A DNA stretch of 63,703 nt from Promethearchaeota archaeon (GTDB lineage Archaea; Asgardarchaeota; Lokiarchaeia; Sigyniarchaeales; SOKP01), in the NCBI GenBank assembly GCA_011364975.1, contig RDOE01000008.1, forward strand, positions 1 to 63,703, written 5' to 3'. A model generated the notes under the pieces. It saw nothing but the letters and a program-made list of their open reading frames with translations, made no database searches and was not told the origin of the DNA. This document shows, in pieces, positions 9,181 through 19,393 of this stretch. The translations under genes and the position numbers were made by a program. Each line of letters starts with the position of its first letter. Position 1 is the stretch's first letter.

Positions 9181-10254
9181 ATGATTGATAAATTTTTAAA
9201 ATCGGAGAAAGCAGCTATTGATGAAGAATTAGAAAATTACTTTTCAAATTTACAAGAAACCGAACAGGATTTACTTTTAAAAGATTTCATCTTTCAATTA
9301 GAGGAATTTATATTAAATATTAAAGCAAAACGACTTCACCCTATATTATTAGTTGCTGCTTTTATTGGAATTGTAAATCCTATTTATTTGGATGAACAGA
9401 TTGAACTTATTCGTAGAGTTTCTATTGCTGTTGAGTTTTTACATAGTGGAAATATTATATACGATGATCTAATTGATAATGATTCTGAAAGAAGGAGTAA
9501 TCCAACATTCCATATCCAATTAATGAATGATCTTAATAAAGTGTATAAAAATTTAGAGCTTCCTCAAAAATCAGAGTTCATTACGATGTATGGAAGAGAT
9601 ATGAGTATTTTAGGTGGAACTAAAGGATATCTTCTGGGATTAAATGTAATTAAAACATCAAAATTTCCTGAAAAATTAAAGTTATTAGCTATTAACGAAT
9701 ATACAGAAGCTATGGATAATTTAATGAAAGGTCAAATCATTGAAGAGTATATCAATTATCATAATATTACAATGTCTTTAGAACAGTATTTAAGTATAGC
9801 AGAACTTCAACGAGCGAGTCTACTCGATAAATCCGTAAAAATAGGGGCTATTTTAGCAAAAGGAAATCTTCATTACCAAATTAATCCTTTAAGTGAAGCT
9901 ATGAAAAGGATAGGACAAGCATATGCGATACGAGATGATATTCTTGATGTTCGGGATGATATTAAAGCTAAAAAGAAGAAAATTATTTACATATTAGCTG
10001 TTCAAAACACAAATGAGGAACAATCCAGAATCTTAAATGAGATTTATCATAAAGAAGAAATTTCTAAAGCTGATATTAAAGCTGTTGAAGAAATTTTCGC
10101 TGAGACTAATGCATTAATTATAGCAGAACATTTTTCAAAAAATCTTATTTCTCAAGCTAAGAATTACTTGAGAGATATTTATCCGGATCTAAATAAAGAG
10201 CAGAAAGTATTTTTTAATGAATTTTCTGATTATATTTACTTACGAGATTTCTAA
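9181..10254 (+). CDS. polyprenyl diphosphate synthase family protein (divergent)
   Basis: KRLHP, first Asp-rich motif DDLID..RR, GQ, second Asp-rich motif DDILD. Confidence 0.85.
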   Translation: MIDKFLKSEKAAIDEELENYFSNLQETEQDLLLKDFIFQLEEFILNIKAKRLHPILLVAAFIGIVNPIYLDEQIELIRRVSIAVEFLHSGNIIYDDLIDNDSERRSNPTFHIQLMNDLNKVYKNLELPQKSEFITMYGRDMSILGGTKGYLLGLNVIKTSKFPEKLKLLAINEYTEAMDNLMKGQIIEEYINYHNITMSLEQYLSIAELQRASLLDKSVKIGAILAKGNLHYQINPLSEAMKRIGQAYAIRDDILDVRDDIKAKKKKIIYILAVQNTNEEQSRILNEIYHKEEISKADIKAVEEIFAETNALIIAEHFSKNLISQAKNYLRDIYPDLNKEQKVFFNEFSDYIYLRDF

Positions 10255-10263
10255 TTAATGATT

Positions 10264-10881
10264 TTAAAGTACAGTATAAGGAATACTCTTCTTTCTAAGC
10301 ATTAAGTTATTTAGTTCTTTAAAAACAGCTACAACATTATAATTTTTCAAAGCAGAGGTAGAAAAATAGGCATCCAGTTCTTTATCATTCATAAAATCCT
10401 GGATAAAATCCCTTTTTATTTGTTGGTTAAGAGGTATTTCCTTTAATAAATCATTCTTAGTTCCTACTAAAATCTTAGGTATTTCTGTTCCTTTTGCTTC
10501 TGTAATTAAGAGTTCATGCCAATAATTTAGTTTTTCTAAAGATTCTGCATTAGTTAAATCAAAAGTTAAAATAGCCCCATCTGCACCTCCCAAAAATTTA
10601 GGGATTAGTGGTTTGAATCTATCTTGACCTCCAAAATCAAATATTGAGTTCACTATAAAATTATCCCTAGAGTAAGGAGTTTGATTTTCATAATTGATCT
10701 TCAAGTCAATTGAATGAAAAGATAACCCTATAGTCTGAGAAGTATCAAAATTAAAGGAGTTAAAACAAAATCTATTGAATAAACATGTCTTTCCTACACC
10801 ACCTGTGCCCACTATTACTATTTTGAAAGTATAAATAATCTCTTTTTCCTGCATTAGACTCTTTATCACTCTTACGGTCAA
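10264..10881 (-). CDS. Rab-like small GTPase (Ras superfamily)
   Basis: G1 GTGGVGKT, G2 TIG, G3 DFGGQDRF, G4 TKND, G5 SAL; no C-terminal Cys. Confidence 0.92.
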   Translation of the reverse strand: MTVRVIKSLMQEKEIIYTFKIVIVGTGGVGKTCLFNRFCFNSFNFDTSQTIGLSFHSIDLKINYENQTPYSRDNFIVNSIFDFGGQDRFKPLIPKFLGGADGAILTFDLTNAESLEKLNYWHELLITEAKGTEIPKILVGTKNDLLKEIPLNQQIKRDFIQDFMNDKELDAYFSTSALKNYNVVAVFKELNNLMLRKKSIPYTVL

Positions 10882-11051
10882 AAATTCGAAAATAATCTAT
10901 TTTTTCAATTGTTCGATAATTAGTTAAATAATTCTTTTTAAAAAAAATTAATTAAATATTTTTTATCAAATAAGCACTAAACCTATATTGTATGATATTT
11001 TATTAATTATGTAGAGAAATTGATTTTAAATTAATAAAAAAGGTATTATGA

Positions 11052-11963
11052 ATGACTGAAACAATTCCTATAAGTCGTATTTTATTTAGACCACCAGTTG
11101 AAGCTTATAGTTTATTAATTGCAGTAACAGGTGGGTGTTCTTGGAATCGTTGTAGATTTTGTGGTATGTATAAAACAAGAGATTATCAAACTATTCAAGA
11201 ATATGGTATTTTACCATTAGATGCTGTCTTAAAACAGATTGATGAGGCTGCTTGTCATAATTATCATGGATTTCCCGTTTTTCTCGCAGGCGGAAATGCT
11301 ACTTCTGCTCCTACTGATTACTTAGTTAAGGTTATAAATTATATTCGTCTAAGACTTAAAAATGTACAGAGGGTCAGTTGTTACGCGAAATCATTAGATA
11401 TATTAAGGAAAAGTGAGACTGAAATGAAAGAATTGAGTCGAGCTGGTTTAGATATAGTATATATGGGATTGGAAAGTGGAAGTAGTAAAATTCTTAGAAT
11501 AATGCATAAGGGAACAAATGCAGAATCCATGATTAAAGCCGGAAAGAAGGTTTTAAATGCAGGAATAAAACTAAGCTTGTATGTTCTTGTTGGACTTGGT
11601 GGTAAGAAATATTCCAAAGAACATGTAATTGAAACCGCGAGAGTACTGACCGAAATCAACCCAACAATCTTTCGCTTTAGAACTTTACATGTAAGTCAAA
11701 CTGTACCTCTTTATGATGATATTGAGAGTGGAGAATTCGAGCTCTTAAGTCCAGTTGAATGTATAAAAGAAGAAAGAGATATCATCGCGAATTTAGGCGA
11801 AAATGTTACATCAGAAGTATATAACGATCATATGAATAATTATTGCTATTTAGACTCTAAAAATATTAAAAATGATCGTGAACATTTCATAAAAGCTTTG
11901 GATCTCTATATTAATGATCCACAAATTCAAAAAATGCCAAGAAAAAATCTCACAGTGATGTAA
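11052..11963 (+). CDS. radical SAM protein (paralogue of 2878-3801)
   Basis: FRPPVEAYSLLI, CSWNRCRFC, GLESGS. Confidence 0.9.
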   Translation: MTETIPISRILFRPPVEAYSLLIAVTGGCSWNRCRFCGMYKTRDYQTIQEYGILPLDAVLKQIDEAACHNYHGFPVFLAGGNATSAPTDYLVKVINYIRLRLKNVQRVSCYAKSLDILRKSETEMKELSRAGLDIVYMGLESGSSKILRIMHKGTNAESMIKAGKKVLNAGIKLSLYVLVGLGGKKYSKEHVIETARVLTEINPTIFRFRTLHVSQTVPLYDDIESGEFELLSPVECIKEERDIIANLGENVTSEVYNDHMNNYCYLDSKNIKNDREHFIKALDLYINDPQIQKMPRKNLTVM

Positions 11964-12120
11964 AACCCTTAATCCAAAAAGCAACTATATATTTTTAAAA
12001 TAATATATATCTAAAGTTTTAAAATAGGAGATGTCTTTATTATTTATATTTTAAGTTCAATGTTAAAATTAATATATCAAATTATTATTATAAATTCTAA
12101 AAAAATTATTCAAGATAAAA

Positions 12121-13599
12121 ATGACAGACTATTATCGAAATAAAATTCATCATGATGAAATCATTGCAACGTTTGATGATATTCTTATAGTTCCGGGTTA
12201 TACTAATTTTAATCCCTCTGAAGTGGCAATTAAATCTAAACTAGGTAAATATGACTTTAACTTACCAATCATCTCAGCTGCGATGGATACGGTTACTGAA
12301 ATAGAGATGGCTATCAAAATGGCGCTTTTTGGAGGCTTAGGGGTAATACATCGAAATTGTTCTTATGAAAAACAATTAGAGATGGTTAGAATAGTAAAAA
12401 GAGCTAGATCATTTGTGATTGATGACGTTGCTACGATTAGTCCAAATGATCCTATCGCTAAAGCAAAGTATATGATGGAAAATTATAATATTAGTGGTTT
12501 AGTAGTTATAAATGATACTAAAAAAGTTTGTGGTATTCTTACCAAAAGGGATATTCCATTTACTGAGGATCATCTAAAGAAAGGTACTGTAAAAGAATTC
12601 ATGACGAAGCAAGTGATTTCAATTTCTCCTGGTGCTTCTAGAGAAGATGCATTAAATCGACTTTTTGAATCACGTAAAGAGAAATTACCAATTATTGATG
12701 AAAAAGGTTTCTTAAGAGGATTAATTACAAAGAAAGATTTAGCGCCAGAATTTCCTTTTGCTTCCATCGATGAAGATGGTCATTTAGTTTGTGGATTAGC
12801 ATTATCTCCTAAATTTCCTGAGACTATTCAAGCTCAAAGCATGTTGAAGGAAATTGATAAATATGTAGATATTTTTTTTATTGATGTAGCGGATTTTTAT
12901 AAGAAAGCAGATATTGAAGGGACTATAAAACTAATGAATCTCTTAGAATCTGAGTTTGTTTTAGGAAATATTGGCACCTATGAAGCGGCTGAGCATCTTA
13001 TTTCAAAATGCGATTTTAACGCAGAAAAATTTATTGGTCTAAAGGTAGGAATGGGTTCTGGGTCAATCTGTACTACATCCATCCAAACAGGAGTTGGAGC
13101 TCCAACACTTTATGCTACTGCCCAAGTAGCAGATGCAATTACAGATTATAACCCTAAAATTAGTTTAGTTGCAGATGGAGGTTTTAAAAATCCAGGTGAT
13201 TTACCGAAGGCCTTCACTGCTGGAGCTGATTTTATCATGTCAGGACATTTCTTTGCAGGATGCACTGAAAGTCCAGGTTATATAGATACAATTCAAGGAA
13301 GAAAAGTAAAAGTATATCGTGGAATGGGTAGTAAAGAGGCTCGGACTTCTGGTTATGTTTCCGATCGGTATACGGAAGGCTCAAAAGTGCTTCCAGAAGG
13401 GGTTTCTGATTATGTTCCTTTTGTGGGGGATTTATCTGGTGTTATAGCATCATTACGAGAAGGATTAATGAATAGTATGATATATGCAGGAGCAAAAAAC
13501 ATTCAAGCAATGAAAAAAGCAAAAATTGGAATAGTTTCTCCTGTTGGTCAAAGAGAAACTAGAATACATGACCTTATTGGAGCACAATGGCGAATTTGA
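12121..13599 (+). CDS. guaB: IMP dehydrogenase with CBS pair
   Basis: TFDDILIVP, SAAMDTVTE, GMGSGSICTT (catalytic Cys), ADGG, YRGMGS, PEGV. Confidence 0.95.
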   Translation: MTDYYRNKIHHDEIIATFDDILIVPGYTNFNPSEVAIKSKLGKYDFNLPIISAAMDTVTEIEMAIKMALFGGLGVIHRNCSYEKQLEMVRIVKRARSFVIDDVATISPNDPIAKAKYMMENYNISGLVVINDTKKVCGILTKRDIPFTEDHLKKGTVKEFMTKQVISISPGASREDALNRLFESRKEKLPIIDEKGFLRGLITKKDLAPEFPFASIDEDGHLVCGLALSPKFPETIQAQSMLKEIDKYVDIFFIDVADFYKKADIEGTIKLMNLLESEFVLGNIGTYEAAEHLISKCDFNAEKFIGLKVGMGSGSICTTSIQTGVGAPTLYATAQVADAITDYNPKISLVADGGFKNPGDLPKAFTAGADFIMSGHFFAGCTESPGYIDTIQGRKVKVYRGMGSKEARTSGYVSDRYTEGSKVLPEGVSDYVPFVGDLSGVIASLREGLMNSMIYAGAKNIQAMKKAKIGIVSPVGQRETRIHDLIGAQWRI

Positions 13600-13728
13600 G
13601 GGTATTTTTACAACTTTTTTCTTTCCTTTCAATTTATTAAAACTATATTAAATACTTTTTAACCTTACAAAAATTTACTTTTGAATACTCATTATTATTT
13701 TATTATAAATATTTAAAAAAGAATCAAT

Positions 13729-15327
13729 ATGAAACCTATAAAAAGAGCCATCGTAAGCGTATTTGATAAGACTGAAATTGTCAGTTTTGTAAAATCATTA
13801 ATAGAGCAGGGTATTGAGATATTATCTACAGGTGGAACTGGTGATATATTAGAAAAAAATGGTATTAAATTTACTAAAATATCAGAATATACAAATTCTC
13901 CAGAAATTTTTGAGGGTAGAGTAAAAACTCTGCATCCTAGGATAGAAGGCGGAATTCTTTATCGCAGAAATCTTGAAAGGGATCAAAAGGAAGCTAAAAA
14001 ATATAATATTCTTCCCATAGATATGGTAGTATGTAATTTATATCAATTCCAAGAAGCTATTAAAAAGCCAGATATAACTTTGGAAGAAGCATTAGAAATG
14101 ATTGATATTGGAGGCCCTACTATGATTCGAGCTGCTGCAAAAAACTTTCCTGATGTCGTTGTTGTTCCTAGTTCTAAATATTATGGGATTGTGTTATCAG
14201 AACTGAAGTCTTTAGGAGGAATAAGTGATAATACAAGGGCAAAATTGGCTCAAGAAGTATTTGTTATCATGGCAAATTACAATGCTGCAATCGCTAATTT
14301 TTTACATGAACGTTATAATCCCAATGTAGTTTTACCCAACCAAATCATTAAATTTTATGAAAAAGTACAAGATTGTCGGTATGGAGAGAACTGGGATCAA
14401 TTAGCGGCTTACTACCAGGATGTTGAATCTAAATTTGGTCTTCATAACCTAAAGCAACTGAACGGAAAAGAAATTTCTTTCAATAATTACTTAGATATTG
14501 ATGCTTGCATGCAAATGCTCTTAGATTTTGGAAAGGAAGACTACTTAACAGCTATTTTAAAACATACAACGCCAAATGGAGTTGCTATTGATAAGAAAGA
14601 ACAACTGAAGTCAGTGGAGATGGCATTCAAGACAGATCCAAAATCTGCATTTGGAGGTGTCTGGGGATTTAATAGAGAAGTGCGAGAAAATGTAGCGAAT
14701 TTTATTGTAAACAAAGAAAAGATTTTTATTGATGTTTTAATAGCCCCATCATTCGAAAAGGAAGCATTAACAATTTTGAAACAAAAACAGAACATGCGAA
14801 TCTTAGAATTTGGTAATTTATTGGAAAAAAGAGAAGAAATATATCAAAATTATGAACTTAGAAGTGTTTTAGGAGGTTTATTAGTTCAAGAATATGATAG
14901 TAAACCAGTAATAAAAGAGTGGAAAGTTGTGAGCAAAAAAGATGTTTCATCTTCAGATAAAGAAGCCTTAATATTTGCGTATAAAGTTTCCAAATGGGCA
15001 AAATCAAATTCAGCAGTTTTTGCTCAAATTTATGATACAGGGATATACACTATCGGAATTGGAGCTGGACAACAAAGTAGAGTTGATGTAGTAAAATTAG
15101 CAGCTCAAAAGGCAATAGAGCTCGGACATACCCTTGAATTAAGAGGTTCTTATATGGGAACTGATTCATTTTTCCCTTTTCCGGACGGTTTAGAAGTCTC
15201 CGTTGATGCAGGTGCTAAAGCAATAATAAATCCTGGGGGATCAATTAGAGATGACATGGTAATTAAACGTGCTGATGAACTTGGTTGTGCTTTAGTTTTT
15301 TGTGGTAAGAGGGTATTTAGACATTAA
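13729..15327 (+). CDS. purH: bifunctional AICAR transformylase/IMP cyclohydrolase
   Basis: SVFDK, STGGT, GRVKTLHP, IDIGGP, RYGEN, SFNNYLD, KH, GAGQQSR, PGGSIRD, RVFRH. Confidence 0.96.
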   Translation: MKPIKRAIVSVFDKTEIVSFVKSLIEQGIEILSTGGTGDILEKNGIKFTKISEYTNSPEIFEGRVKTLHPRIEGGILYRRNLERDQKEAKKYNILPIDMVVCNLYQFQEAIKKPDITLEEALEMIDIGGPTMIRAAAKNFPDVVVVPSSKYYGIVLSELKSLGGISDNTRAKLAQEVFVIMANYNAAIANFLHERYNPNVVLPNQIIKFYEKVQDCRYGENWDQLAAYYQDVESKFGLHNLKQLNGKEISFNNYLDIDACMQMLLDFGKEDYLTAILKHTTPNGVAIDKKEQLKSVEMAFKTDPKSAFGGVWGFNREVRENVANFIVNKEKIFIDVLIAPSFEKEALTILKQKQNMRILEFGNLLEKREEIYQNYELRSVLGGLLVQEYDSKPVIKEWKVVSKKDVSSSDKEALIFAYKVSKWAKSNSAVFAQIYDTGIYTIGIGAGQQSRVDVVKLAAQKAIELGHTLELRGSYMGTDSFFPFPDGLEVSVDAGAKAIINPGGSIRDDMVIKRADELGCALVFCGKRVFRH

Positions 15328-15480
15328 AATTATACAATCTTTTTACATGTATCGATTTATTTCTTTATGGGATACTTATTCACACTAATTTAATCTTTTC
15401 ATAAAAAAAGTTTATAAAGCTCTGAATATAAATTTCTTTACCGACAAATTATAATTTTTTGAAGAGGGACTCTCCTATTT

Positions 15481-15768
15481 ATGGACTTTTTCTTAAAAAA
15501 TTTACGAGAAACTTTACAAGCTATAAACAAATTAATTGATAATAATGTAAACGTTGTTAATACTAAAAGAATACGCCGTTGTAATAACATTAAAGCAAAT
15601 AACCGCTCTAAAATCAACTTTATTTGGAGATCACTAGATTGTTTAGAAAAGGAAGGTTTTTTAAAGGTCAATGGGTCATATTCTCCAAAATCATATAAAA
15701 TAATTTCTGATGAAAAGTTAAATATAGATGATGTTATCTCTCAAATCGAAAAGAAAAGGCCATTCTAA
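15481..15768 (+). CDS. small basic hypothetical protein, possible winged helix
   Basis: 95 aa; SLDCLEKEGFLK followed by a beta-hairpin pattern. Confidence 0.55.
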   Translation: MDFFLKNLRETLQAINKLIDNNVNVVNTKRIRRCNNIKANNRSKINFIWRSLDCLEKEGFLKVNGSYSPKSYKIISDEKLNIDDVISQIEKKRPF

Positions 15769-15793
15769 AATTATATTTTAAAATTAAATAATG

Positions 15794-18529
15794 TCAATCT
15801 TTCAAGTGTAGTTCATCAAGTAATTCATCTAATTTCACTAAATTATTTTTATCTTCAGGATCTTGAATTACTCTCTTTTGATAAAAAATAATATTTCCAT
15901 ATTTTATTTCTAAATCATTAAACAATTTAACCCATTTATTAAATTTTTCAATGAGCTCCACTACTTCGACATCTTCCTCAAACAGTTTAACTTCACTATT
16001 TTTCATTGGAGAGCTCTTCATAAATTTATATCTTTTTAAAGTATAACCTTGTTTTTTTAATAGCGTGATATTAGCATTTCTAACGAAGGCTTCAATGCCG
16101 CTTCGCCATAAAACATATTTACGGTTGATATTATCAATTACTTCCTGAATCATTTTTATTTCTTGAGGAAAGATAGTCTGATTTACTTTAATTAGAATAG
16201 ACTTAATTTTCTGAAATTCGATATTGAATATTTCAATATAATTATTAACTATTTTCTCGAATTCATCTAAAACAACATTGTAATCCTGAGCAAAAACAAC
16301 TTCTGAGCTGAAAAAACTAAGTGTTTCTTCATTGAAAGTGCCATTTAATATTTTGCTCTTTATTAAATCATTAAAAATAGACCGAATTATATTGATCTCG
16401 TATTCAGTTAGTTCCTTTCCATAAAAAAAGTCATTAAAAGAGAACATCAAACTATTTTCTAACATTAAGTTCCTGATTCCTTTTTCGGTATAAAATACGA
16501 TCTCTCCATTATTATTGTAAAATATTCCCTTTATGGCTTTTTCCTCTACAATTTCCGTTAATAAATCTACGATTATACTTGAGGTAATATCAAAATCAGT
16601 TAATGAGATGTGATCTTCCGATTTTGATTTAGTTACCAGCATTAACTTTATATCTTTCTTAGCTTCTTCAATTTTTCTTTCATTTAATATTAGTAAATCT
16701 CCTTTTTTGAAATAATTAATCCCTAAATCTCCAATAAAGACGATAAACTGATCATATTTCATTCCTGTTTTATCAAGATATTCAGTTATCTTAATTTCAT
16801 CTAATTTCTTAATCTCTTCTCCTATCAATCTAACGTTTTCATCAATTTTGGATAAGATTCTACTTTTTTCAATATTCAATTTTTGTGCTAATCGATTTAT
16901 TTCCCCTTCTTTCTTATCGGCATCAGATATAGATTTAATTTCATCTATCTTTCGATTTATAAACTTAGAATAATAAAAGTTTTCCATAATATTATCAAAA
17001 ATACCAGTTCTTTTGTCTACATTAATATCAAAAAGCTCCACTAGTAGTAATTTACTGATTTTTAGTTTTTTAGACACCTCTTCAAAAGAAAAATATCCTA
17101 ATATTTTAGAATTTTCTATTTCTTTTTTAATATTTAATAAGCCTAAATTTGTTAACCATTGTGTTCCTCTATGAAAATTAGTAAGATAATCATCTGGTAA
17201 ATTTTTAATTAATTTTATAAAATCCTTTTCGGATAATCGATCTCGATAAGCTTTTAAGTCTATTGAATTCTGTTTTGCTGCTTCAGTATTAATTTGTTCA
17301 TTAATTTTCTTCAAAGAATAAAATGCTGTATCATTTTTTCCAGATAATAATTCTAGTTTTGTTGATTTTTCAATAGCATTTATGATCTTTTTAATAAAGT
17401 CATGCGGTAGATAATTAAATTTATTTAGATTTATTACTCCTTTTTTTTGAATCCTAATTAACATTTCAGATTTAATAGAATCGTAGGGATAATAGAATCC
17501 TAATAAAGAATAGTATCCATCGATATATCTTAATTTTATTAATGTCTCAATAAACAATCTCAATTCTGATTCATTATCTATAGCATCTGAAAGTAATTTG
17601 ATTAAATCCTTTTTAGAAATTCTCTCGTTTTTCTGGAATACCTCTAAAAGTTTGTCTTTTTCAATTTCATAAACAAAAATATTACTTCCTCCATTTAATT
17701 TAACATAAAAATATATTTTTTTATGAATATATTTCGTGGCTTTAAATTGGTCGATAAAATCTTTAAGTAAAATAACAGATTTCTTATTTATTTCTGTGTA
17801 ATTATACTTTTTAATTAGGATATGTCCATCGATAATTTTAAGGAGGTTATTCAAATCAGCCCAGAAAATCTCTTGATTTAAAGAAGGGAATAATTTTAAA
17901 ATCAAGTGTTTTAATTTTTTAAATAATAAGGATTCTTTTTCATCAAAATGTTGCGCTATATATAATTTACCTATTTCTCTTAAATCAAATAATTGTTCAA
18001 AACTAAAATGATTACAATAATCTAAAAAATCTAGTAATAGAATGATATTATCATTGTTACTTTCTATCCTTAGCGCATCAATCAATTCATTCGTATAATT
18101 GGATAGTAGCTTTGGATTATCAATGAAGATTCTATGCAAAAAGAAATATATATTCTCTCGAATATCATTATTTTTATCTTGAATATTCTGAATAAAAAAT
18201 GATAAATATTTTTCGGTAAGTCCTTTTTGAGAAAACATTACAAATCCAAGGATAATTAAGGAATTTATTCTTATCTTTGGGTCTTTGGAATAAATTAACT
18301 CTTCTATTTTCTCATAAATACTCTCATTAATAAGAGAAGGCTTTTCTTCAGCCAATATGCTTAAAATATAGGTGCTAGATACTATTAAATCATCCTGATT
18401 AAGTAAATTACCTAGATCCTCGATTATGTTTCGAATTTTAGTTTCTTTTCCTTTTTCTATATATTTATTGAGCTTCTCAACTAAACGATATAATATTTGA
18501 TTATGCTCAAATTCTTCCAGATTAAACAT
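15794..18529 (-). CDS. large protein: N-terminal HEAT/ARM repeats plus tandem winged-helix (PCI/UFL1-like) repeats
   Basis: HEAT-like SKDPKIRINSLIILG and QDKNNDIRENIYFFL; repeated G.f....fY.....i.......G.i.l... units; helical C-terminus. Confidence 0.7.
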   Translation of the reverse strand: MFNLEEFEHNQILYRLVEKLNKYIEKGKETKIRNIIEDLGNLLNQDDLIVSSTYILSILAEEKPSLINESIYEKIEELIYSKDPKIRINSLIILGFVMFSQKGLTEKYLSFFIQNIQDKNNDIRENIYFFLHRIFIDNPKLLSNYTNELIDALRIESNNDNIILLLDFLDYCNHFSFEQLFDLREIGKLYIAQHFDEKESLLFKKLKHLILKLFPSLNQEIFWADLNNLLKIIDGHILIKKYNYTEINKKSVILLKDFIDQFKATKYIHKKIYFYVKLNGGSNIFVYEIEKDKLLEVFQKNERISKKDLIKLLSDAIDNESELRLFIETLIKLRYIDGYYSLLGFYYPYDSIKSEMLIRIQKKGVINLNKFNYLPHDFIKKIINAIEKSTKLELLSGKNDTAFYSLKKINEQINTEAAKQNSIDLKAYRDRLSEKDFIKLIKNLPDDYLTNFHRGTQWLTNLGLLNIKKEIENSKILGYFSFEEVSKKLKISKLLLVELFDINVDKRTGIFDNIMENFYYSKFINRKIDEIKSISDADKKEGEINRLAQKLNIEKSRILSKIDENVRLIGEEIKKLDEIKITEYLDKTGMKYDQFIVFIGDLGINYFKKGDLLILNERKIEEAKKDIKLMLVTKSKSEDHISLTDFDITSSIIVDLLTEIVEEKAIKGIFYNNNGEIVFYTEKGIRNLMLENSLMFSFNDFFYGKELTEYEINIIRSIFNDLIKSKILNGTFNEETLSFFSSEVVFAQDYNVVLDEFEKIVNNYIEIFNIEFQKIKSILIKVNQTIFPQEIKMIQEVIDNINRKYVLWRSGIEAFVRNANITLLKKQGYTLKRYKFMKSSPMKNSEVKLFEEDVEVVELIEKFNKWVKLFNDLEIKYGNIIFYQKRVIQDPEDKNNLVKLDELLDELHLKD

Positions 18530-18548
18530 TATACAACGTTAATAAAGA

Positions 18549-19274
18549 TTAATCCAATAATAATTTTTCGAATAACTCAATTTTTAAGATGTCTTGAATT
18601 TCCTCGATAATAATGCTTGGTTGTATCTCCTTTAAGTCTTTTCTTTTACCATGCCCTGAAAGTAGGGCAATACTTCTAATTCCAGCATTCTTAGCACATT
18701 CTATATCTGATGGCAGGTCTCCAATAAAGTAGACCAACTGTTTATTTATGGGGGTTTTAATCTTATTTTTTATAAGTCTAAGTCCTAAAAGAACAGGATA
18801 TGCATGAGGTTTTCTATAAGGAGTATCTTCACGTGAAATAAAAATAGAAAAGTATCTATCCAAATTTAATTTATCTTTAAAATAATTCAATCGCTTTCTA
18901 CTAGTATTTGAAATTATTCCAGCTATTACCCCCTTCTTTAATAAAAGGTTCAGAGTTTCCTCCAATCCATCACTTAATTTTTCATATATCTCATATCTGG
19001 GATACATTCTACGATATTTTATAAAAAATAGTAACCGTCGCCAACGACTGGGAATGTATAATTTATAAGCTTTATAGGCTTTAACAATTGCTTTTAATCT
19101 ATTTTTTGAATCTGATTCTTCGAAAAGTCTTGCTATATCTATTAGTCTCAATGAATGAAGATTTTTCCAATTATAAAAACTTCTTCTGATAAAAGTTAAA
19201 GCACTATATTCAAGTGCTTTTTGAGTAATAACAACTCCATCAAAATCAAATAATAAAATAGGAGGATGAGTCAT
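18549..19274 (-). CDS. HAD-superfamily hydrolase
   Basis: LLFDFDGV, ISN, KPH, IGDLPSD. Confidence 0.9.
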   Translation of the reverse strand: MTHPPILLFDFDGVVITQKALEYSALTFIRRSFYNWKNLHSLRLIDIARLFEESDSKNRLKAIVKAYKAYKLYIPSRWRRLLFFIKYRRMYPRYEIYEKLSDGLEETLNLLLKKGVIAGIISNTSRKRLNYFKDKLNLDRYFSIFISREDTPYRKPHAYPVLLGLRLIKNKIKTPINKQLVYFIGDLPSDIECAKNAGIRSIALLSGHGKRKDLKEIQPSIIIEEIQDILKIELFEKLLLD

Positions 19275-19393
19275 AAATACTATTTAAAATACTTTTAAAT
19301 TCTTAAATATAATTAATATAAAAAATCAAAGATACCAAAAAGAAAAATGATAAAAAAAATGAATATATTTAAACTAAATTATAATTTTGTAGT

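Noticed and set aside
9181-10881. Prenyl synthase next to a Rab-like GTPase as a prenylation system
   Set aside because: The genes are convergent, the GTPase has no C-terminal Cys, and the prenyltransferase-repeat protein at 23473 appears secreted
2878-11963. Two paralogous radical SAM genes as a recent duplication or system
   Set aside because: Divergent sequences on opposite strands with unrelated neighbours; a commonly expanded family in anaerobes
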